A DNA stretch of 63,585 nt, the filler included, from Deltaproteobacteria bacterium (GTDB taxonomy: Bacteria > JAUYMQ01), in the NCBI GenBank assembly GCA_030698575.1. It is 11 parts of 11 records of this genome, joined end to end, with 100 filler letters (N's around TTAATTAATTAA, not from the genome) between each part and the next. Parts side by side here need not be neighbours in the genome. Positions count along the whole stretch, not along the records: positions 52,882 to 59,010 come from JAUYMQ010000583.1; positions 59,111 to 63,585 come from JAUYMQ010000604.1; 9 more parts are not named here. One strand, written 5' to 3'. How positions within the stretch are numbered: the first letter of the stretch is position 1; each line of letters starts with the position of its first letter. Below the pieces are notes generated by a model. It had not been told where the DNA came from. It did no database searches and saw nothing but the letters and a program-made list of their open reading frames with translations. Shown one piece after another: positions 58,081 through 63,585 of the stretch. A program made the position numbers and the translations under genes.

Positions 58081-58349
58081 GTGTCACCGTCCTGTGCCAC
58101 GCTGGGAAGCTCGGCGACGTAGCGGGTTTCGACCTCGGCGCTGATATGCTGCGCCGGCTTGCCATAGCCCCGGTCCAGAATGGCATTTGCCGCCACTACG
58201 CGGGCCGCTGGGGCCGCTTCCTTGTCGCGCATGACCTCAGCCAGCGTGGCAACGGCCTCGGTTGTGTAGGTGCGCGCAAGCTCCTGTACGTCCTTGACGA
58301 CTTTGGGCCGCCCGTTCGGGTTGCCAGACTTGCCTTTTACGAAGGGCAT
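58044..58349 (-). CDS. Terminase small subunit-like (DUF5681)
   Basis: PFVKGKSGNPNGRPK...ILDRGYGKP. Confidence 0.85.
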   Translation of the reverse strand: MPFVKGKSGNPNGRPKVVKDVQELARTYTTEAVATLAEVMRDKEAAPAARVVAANAILDRGYGKPAQHISAEVETRYVAELPSVAQDGDTWERQYSPRRLQ

Positions 58350-58480
58350 TGTTCCGCTCTGTTTGCAATTGTAGCCACGTCAATTCCCCTGCCGCTCTTA
58401 CGGACGACGAAACCCGGCCGCAGTTTCCCGCGCCGGGCGCACAACCCCACCATGTAAATTCGTCCTTGCCATGATTCGGC

Positions 58481-59008
58481 CTACTTGTCAAGCAGTTTCT
58501 GCAATGCCCGCCTCAGCAGCACCCGGTCGCTCGGCTCCTCATCGCAGGCGCATACCCGCATCATCTCCCGCATGGCGCCGAAACCGGCTTGCCTGATCCG
58601 GTTGTCGGCATCGTTCTTGCGCTCCTTGATCTGCTCGATTTTCTCCTCGTCTGGCGGCTTGGAGAGGGAGCGGCCCTGCGAGCCCTCCCAGTCGATGGCC
58701 TTGCATTTGGGCAGCATGAGCCCGATCATTTGGGCGTGACGCCATGTGAGTTCCGCCCAGGCTCGGCCAGCATCCAGTTCCTCAGCCGTGATGTATTCCT
58801 CAAGCGCCAATTGGCCGAGCGGAAAGCCGAACCACGGATGAGTCACATCGTGGCGTAGCTTATCGCGTACCCGGCGCAGCACGACCACCTTCTGGGCGTC
58901 GCGTTCCTCATGCTCGCGCATTCCGTCCTGCGCCGCCTGTGAGCGGCTTATCCGGCCGCTTGACGTGCGCTGGGCGTGATCCTTGCGCTTTTTCCCCCGC
59001 TGCCCCAT
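58481..59008 (-). CDS. Phage hypothetical protein at the late-regulator position
   Basis: Basic N-terminus, LGQLALEEYIT; upstream of the terminase genes. Confidence 0.65.
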   Translation of the reverse strand: MGQRGKKRKDHAQRTSSGRISRSQAAQDGMREHEERDAQKVVVLRRVRDKLRHDVTHPWFGFPLGQLALEEYITAEELDAGRAWAELTWRHAQMIGLMLPKCKAIDWEGSQGRSLSKPPDEEKIEQIKERKNDADNRIRQAGFGAMREMMRVCACDEEPSDRVLLRRALQKLLDK

Positions 59009-59110
59009 GGNNNNNNNNNNNNNNNNNNNNNNNNNNNNNNNNNNNNNNNNNNNNTTAATTAATTAANNNNNNNNNNNNNNNNNNNNNNNNNNNNNNNNNN
59101 NNNNNNNNNN

Positions 59111-59160
59111 GAGCGAGCTTGCTCGCGAATTCGATGATTCGCGAGCAAGCTCGCTCCTAC
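59111..59160. repeat. GTAG-family REP doublet
   Basis: GAGCGAGCTTGCTCGCGAAT...ATTCGCGAGCAAGCTCGCTCCTAC inverted pair. Confidence 0.85.
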
Positions 59161-59286
59161 ATCTACAAGGCAGACAGACTTCGAAATTAATGTGTCATCG
59201 TACTCGTCTTCTGGATATCCGCGCTACAAAGCCGCGCCGACGCCCATCGCCTGGTTCATTTCCGGCGATTAAAAGCGAGCAGTGAA

Positions 59287-60060
59287 TCAGCTCTGTTCCT
59301 CCCCTTCTGCCCAGATCAATCGGCGAGGATCGAATCCTGCAGCGAGCGTCGGCTTGACCACGTCGAAGTAAGGGGAGACGTCGAAATCCCTAGGGACGAA
59401 GAGGCTGTGGTGACGCACGTGCAGCAGTTCAGCGACGCATCCGGGGCAGGCGGGATCCTTGGATGGGCCGCTCTTGACGATGGGCAGGATCGGGTAGCGC
59501 ACCGACTGAAACGCTTTGGCGATCAGGGTAGAGCAGATGGCCCGGGTCGGGTCGCCGCTGCCCAGCGCGAGCATGCGCCGGCGCCAGCGCAGCGGGACCG
59601 GAGGTGTCGGAAAGAGGTAGCGCGCAAGGTCGAAAACGTTTCTCAGGTCGTATTGATGGCCGATGCGCGCGCAGGCGTAGTTCAGCAATTGCTCCAGATC
59701 CTCCGGCGACAGGTTAAGCGGACGGCAGATTCGCGTATGCAGCCCGTGAAACAGCGACAGGGGCACGGCACGCACGCCCTCGGTGATGTCCGCTTCGACG
59801 AAGCACAGCGATTCCCCCTCTTCGTTGGTCCGACCCAGGGCTGGGCCGATGTAGAGGGCGGCATGCGACCAGGTGGACTGGGTGAGATACTTGATCGCGA
59901 CGCTGAGCCGCGTATTTCCCTCGACCAGCAGGACATCGCCCGGCCGAAGTGCCGCGGCGAGCCGGCCGGGCTCGGTCGGCATGGAGGTGCTGTCGGTGTG
60001 CGTCCTCCGGCTGAGATAGTCGCCGATTCTGCGCCCGAGCCACAGTCCGACCTTGTTCAT
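59287..60060 (-). CDS. YiiX/YebB-like permuted papain (NlpC/P60) 'lipo-like' protein
   Basis: PGDVLLVEG, STWSHAALY, YDL, ICSTLIA. Confidence 0.9.
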   Translation of the reverse strand: MNKVGLWLGRRIGDYLSRRTHTDSTSMPTEPGRLAAALRPGDVLLVEGNTRLSVAIKYLTQSTWSHAALYIGPALGRTNEEGESLCFVEADITEGVRAVPLSLFHGLHTRICRPLNLSPEDLEQLLNYACARIGHQYDLRNVFDLARYLFPTPPVPLRWRRRMLALGSGDPTRAICSTLIAKAFQSVRYPILPIVKSGPSKDPACPGCVAELLHVRHHSLFVPRDFDVSPYFDVVKPTLAAGFDPRRLIWAEGEEQS

Positions 60061-60072
60061 GTCTATGTCATC

Positions 60073-60873
60073 TCAACGCGCATCGTTAAGCTTCCAGTCG
60101 TACTCGAGGAACTCGAGACGGTAGTCGCCCGAGCGTATCCGCGCCTGCGCCTCGGGCGTGTCCGCCATGCGCTCGGCATGTTTCGCGAATGTCGCGGCGA
60201 GCGAAGTAAAACCAGCGTGGCCGATTTCGAAATCCTTCCCGTACCAATCGAACAGCTTCGATACGCGCAGCGTGCCGCCGGCGGCATCGAAGCGGTTGCG
60301 GGTCCGATCGGACAAAAACCGGCGCATGCCGTCTTCCATCTGCGCCTCGATCCGCTCGGCGGTATAAGTCTCGTTGCGCAGCATCGGGCAGCCGATCGAG
60401 GCGCAAACGAGGGTGACATGAATGCGCGGCTCGTCGAAAGTCCCCGGGGCGCGGATCAAACCATGCTCGATATCGTCGAGAGTGCGTTCACTGCCGAGCA
60501 GGGTGAAGAGCCTGCGCTTCCACGGCGACTGAAACAGGCTGCCGAGATCTTTGATCGATAGGAGATCCGGGTACTTGGTAAGGATCAGTTCGACGGTAAA
60601 GGCGTTGTAGGCATTGATCAGAAACGCGAGCTTCTGCGATTTGGTCCAGCCCCGGTACTCGGTCTCGGTCACAGCCGACAAACTGTCCAGGTAAGCCTTG
60701 AGCGACCGGCGCTCGGCCAGCATGCCAGCATAGCGAACTTGCGCCGCGTTGCCTCCCTGAACCAGTACCACGTGGTTTTTCAGCAGGGCGCCCCAGACAG
60801 CATGGCTATGATCGAAAGCGAATGCCGCTGCGGAGCCAAGCATGAGGACGAGGGCGACGAAGATCCGATTCAT
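60073..60873 (-). CDS. DUF547 domain protein
   Basis: LAFLINAYNA, TLDDIEH, EPRIH..VCASIGCP, FDWY. Confidence 0.93.
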   Translation of the reverse strand: MNRIFVALVLMLGSAAAFAFDHSHAVWGALLKNHVVLVQGGNAAQVRYAGMLAERRSLKAYLDSLSAVTETEYRGWTKSQKLAFLINAYNAFTVELILTKYPDLLSIKDLGSLFQSPWKRRLFTLLGSERTLDDIEHGLIRAPGTFDEPRIHVTLVCASIGCPMLRNETYTAERIEAQMEDGMRRFLSDRTRNRFDAAGGTLRVSKLFDWYGKDFEIGHAGFTSLAATFAKHAERMADTPEAQARIRSGDYRLEFLEYDWKLNDAR

Positions 60874-60905
60874 GGCTTGTTGAATGCAGTGAGTGGGAGC
60901 GGTCA

Positions 60906-62126
60906 TTAGTCCGCGAGGCGCGTCGGGATGTTGACCTCCGAGTGCAGGGTCCGGTGCACCGGGCATTTGTTCGAAATCTCGAGCAACTTGGCGCGCTGCT
61001 CCTCACTCAAGGGGCCTTCGAGACGAATGAGCCGGTCGATGCGGTCAATCTTGCCGTCCTTGGTTTCACAATCCGTGCAATCTGTCGCATGAATCTTCTC
61101 GTGCCTTAGTTCGACCGTGGCGCGCTCAAGCGGAAAGCCTTTGAGATCGGCATACATCCTGATGGTCATGGAAGTGCAGGCACCGAGCCCGGCGAGGACG
61201 AGATCGTAGGGCGACAGCCCGGAATCCATGCCGCCGGCCGCGAGCGGCTCGTCCGCGCGGATGACATGGCGTCCGGCGACCACGCGTTGGCTGAATTTGC
61301 CCTCGCGCGTTTCCTCTACCAGCACGGTGCCGGGGACCGGCGCGGGAGATGTATCGGCGGAGGCGGGCAGGTAGCGCGCCGCCCAGGATGCGAGAATGTT
61401 ACCGGCGTAGAGCGCGTCCTCGCGCCGCGACAGCATATGGTCGGCCGGATCGAGGGAAATGAAACTCCGCGGATGCCTGGCCGCCGAAAAAATCCGCGTC
61501 GCATTGTCGACGCCGACCACGCTGTCGCGCGGCGAATGCATGACCAGCAGCGCCTTGCCCATATTGGCGACTTCGTCCCCGAGTTTGCTGCCCGCGATGT
61601 CTTCGAGGAACTGCCTGCGTATGCGGAACGGCCGGCCGCCGATATCGACCTCGACCTCGCCATCGCGCTCGACTGCCTCCCTGTCCTTGATCAGGTGCAG
61701 CACATGAGCCGGGTCGAAAGGCGAGCCTATGGTCGCCACCGCCACCGCTTCCGGGACTCGCCGCGCAGCGGCGAGCACCGCGCTGCCGCCAAGGCTGTGG
61801 CCGACCAGGATCGCGGGCGCGCGGTAATGCTGCCGCAGGTAGTCGGCGGCGGAAACGAGATCCTCCACGTTCGAAGAAAAATTGGTGCCGGCGAAATCCC
61901 CATCGCTTCCGCCCAGTCCGGTGAAATCGAAGCGCAGCACGGCGATGCCGCGCTCGGCCAGCGCGGCGCTGACATAGGTCGTGGCCTTGGTTTCCTTGGA
62001 GCAGGTGAAGCAGTGCGCAAACAGGGCATAGGCTATCGGCGCCGCCGCGGGCGGCAAGTCGAGGCGCGCGGCGAGCATGGTGCCGCGGGCGCCGGGAAAG
62101 GATAGTGAAAGTGTCTGGGCAGGCAT
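60906..62126 (-). CDS. Bifunctional alpha/beta hydrolase-OsmC protein
   Basis: FAHCFTCSK, GHSLGG, ADEP...LGACTSMT...KCPVHRTL. Confidence 0.95.
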   Translation of the reverse strand: MPAQTLSLSFPGARGTMLAARLDLPPAAAPIAYALFAHCFTCSKETKATTYVSAALAERGIAVLRFDFTGLGGSDGDFAGTNFSSNVEDLVSAADYLRQHYRAPAILVGHSLGGSAVLAAARRVPEAVAVATIGSPFDPAHVLHLIKDREAVERDGEVEVDIGGRPFRIRRQFLEDIAGSKLGDEVANMGKALLVMHSPRDSVVGVDNATRIFSAARHPRSFISLDPADHMLSRREDALYAGNILASWAARYLPASADTSPAPVPGTVLVEETREGKFSQRVVAGRHVIRADEPLAAGGMDSGLSPYDLVLAGLGACTSMTIRMYADLKGFPLERATVELRHEKIHATDCTDCETKDGKIDRIDRLIRLEGPLSEEQRAKLLEISNKCPVHRTLHSEVNIPTRLAD

Positions 62127-62214
62127 GGACGCTCCTCGCAGGCAGGTTAACGGGCACCGTTTTCGCAACGAACGCTGCCCGGACGAAAGCTATAGTACGC
62201 ATGCGCAGCGAAAT

Positions 62215-63177
62215 TCACGGGTGGCGTTTCGGTGAAGGATGGTCCCCGGCGCGAAAGACCGCGGTCTTCGGATTGAATGCGTACCACGCAAACCAGTAGC
62301 CGACCACGGCCGGAAACTGGCGCCCGTCCGCGGTATAGGCGGTGGCGCTCGACGCTACGCGGTCGAAACGAATGCTCAACTCCGTGTCGCCGATCCGGTC
62401 CGATACCACACCAGTCGTCCTGCCCAGTTCGACGAAGGGATACGCCTTGGCACGCTCGCCGATCTTGATTCCGAGAACGCGCTCCTTCGGATGAAAGCCG
62501 GCGGAGCGAAAGGCCACCGGGAACATGATTTCCCCGCTGCTTGCGTAGCCGGCGTAGGGGTCGCGCGCGTAGGGCCGCGGCTGCCCGGTGTCGGGCGAGA
62601 GCACCAGCGTCGCCGAGTGGCGCGCGCGCCAATCGGCCCAAGTGGTATGCGTCAACGGCAGCATCTTCAGGAATTGCCCTTTCATCGGGCCGCTGATCGC
62701 CTGTCCGAGCAGTTGGGACCACAGCGATTGGGTCTGCCGGTCGTAGAGCAGCACGTCGCTGTTGTAGAGCAGGCCGGAGACGCCGAAGCTCAGCACGCGA
62801 CCGTCGATCCTCGCGTCGAAGGCGACGCCGGTGCCGCACAGCGGGCAGAAGGTGACGACCACAGCTTCGTCGCCGTAACGGTCGTTGACCACTTCGTGCC
62901 AGTTGAGGATCCGTACCGGATAGGCACGCGCGACGCCGCCACGGGCGATGCCGAGCACGGCGTCGTCGTCGCGCAGGAAGGCGGCAAACTCGCCGGAGGC
63001 GAACTTCGGACTGTCGATCGCGGGGATGCCGTCCTTCGGCGGTCCGCCGAAGTGAATCTGCTCGCTCGGAATCAGCGAGCCCTTCAGGTCAAAGCCGTTC
63101 ATCTCCTGCGCAAGCGCGGCGACAGGCGTGCCTGCGGCGATGAGGACGAGGCAAAGAAGAAGTTGTCGGAATCTCAT
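62215..63177 (-). CDS. DUF3179 domain protein
   Basis: GGPPKDGIPAID, WHEVVND, TFCPLC, SGLLYNS, YWFAW. Confidence 0.93.
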   Translation of the reverse strand: MRFRQLLLCLVLIAAGTPVAALAQEMNGFDLKGSLIPSEQIHFGGPPKDGIPAIDSPKFASGEFAAFLRDDDAVLGIARGGVARAYPVRILNWHEVVNDRYGDEAVVVTFCPLCGTGVAFDARIDGRVLSFGVSGLLYNSDVLLYDRQTQSLWSQLLGQAISGPMKGQFLKMLPLTHTTWADWRARHSATLVLSPDTGQPRPYARDPYAGYASSGEIMFPVAFRSAGFHPKERVLGIKIGERAKAYPFVELGRTTGVVSDRIGDTELSIRFDRVASSATAYTADGRQFPAVVGYWFAWYAFNPKTAVFRAGDHPSPKRHP

Positions 63178-63418
63178 TGGGCCTCCAGAGACGTGGCTTG
63201 GGGACAGATGCTTAGTCGCGTTGGGGAGGCGAATTCTTACATTGACCGTGCATGTAAGAAAGCGCGAGTTCGTGCGACTAAAGGAGCATAGGGGCGCATT
63301 ACCGGGTCTTGCGGCTGCACCTGGTGCGCAGGGCGGGCACCTGTGCAGCAGGCACGGTATTCCAGTAACTACGTTTGAGGCGCCGCCTTGTTTCTTGGGA
63401 GAGATCGTGTCCAGACCG

Positions 63419-63585
63419 ATGGGGATTCGCTGGTTGGCGCTGAGCGGCGCGGCGCTGGCTATGGGCGTGCTGCTGTCCTGGCTGACTTACGCGCGCAGCG
63501 AAGCGGTACTCGAGGTTGCCCGTCCGCTGATCGATCGCGACTTGCCGGCGCTGCGCGCGATTGCGGAACTCAAGGGCAGGGCTTC
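63419..63585 (+). CDS. Membrane sensor N-terminus (four-helix-bundle type), 3'-truncated
   Basis: MGIRWLALSGAALAMGVLLSWLTY...DLPALRAIAEL; frame open to the window end. Confidence 0.5.
   Translation, partial: MGIRWLALSGAALAMGVLLSWLTYARSEAVLEVARPLIDRDLPALRAIAELKGRA

Larger units (their letters stand above)
52882..59010 (-). mobile_element. Phage/prophage packaging and structural module
   Basis: Small and large terminase followed by spike-base and fibre-like genes. Confidence 0.9.

Noticed and set aside
52882-59010. Gene transfer agent cluster
   Set aside because: Only the spike-base gene is GTA-like. The terminase pair and gene order are those of a phage, and no GTA portal/capsid cluster is present.

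Overview
The window is not one locus. It is 11 short, GC-rich contigs joined by artificial N44-TTAATTAATTAA-N44 linkers, and they are probably not all from the same organism. (1) 1-6725: housekeeping genes (sigma-54 activator, TPR lipoprotein, EF-P with an atypical PGNLR loop, Tag, DUF72, Ku). (2) 6826-13518: small integrative/prophage-like element with HTH/RHH regulators, a frameshifted tyrosine recombinase, a dif-like site and three HEPN-type cargo genes. (3) 13619-17480: type I RM HsdR, a SprT/DUF45 protein, an ASCH gene behind an attC-like site, and a sulfatase fragment. (4) 17581-20664: GST, LsrF, Zn dehydrogenase, ABC1 kinase. (5) 20765-33266: ABC transporter, EEP, LOG, a 936-aa degenerate nuclease/DHH fusion, FmdB, GreA, NUDIX, QueE, crotonase, dienelactone hydrolase. 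(6) 33367-36149: DUF2946-like CxxC/RGPP leader, porin and metal-binding protein. (7) 36250-43865: exosortase H, two DsbA proteins, a sigma-54-driven Cys-rich secreted protein, twin PEP-CTERM genes and the end of a class IIC group II intron. (8) 43966-49784: two NtrC-type regulators, a degenerate GGDEF protein and EPS export genes. (9) 49885-52781: Rhs toxin tip/immunity pair, M48 protease, and chimeric-looking fragments. (10) 52882-59010: phage terminase and head-spike/fibre module. (11) 59111-63585: REP, YiiX-like protein, DUF547, OsmC-hydrolase, DUF3179. The most striking signal is an approximately 710-nt, extensively base-paired non-coding region (about 24855-25570) behind a near-consensus sigma-70 promoter, directly upstream of the 936-aa fusion gene. 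It is a candidate large ornate ncRNA, possibly OLE-like, with a possible protein partner. All calls come from reading motifs by eye; no database searches or folding computations were run.
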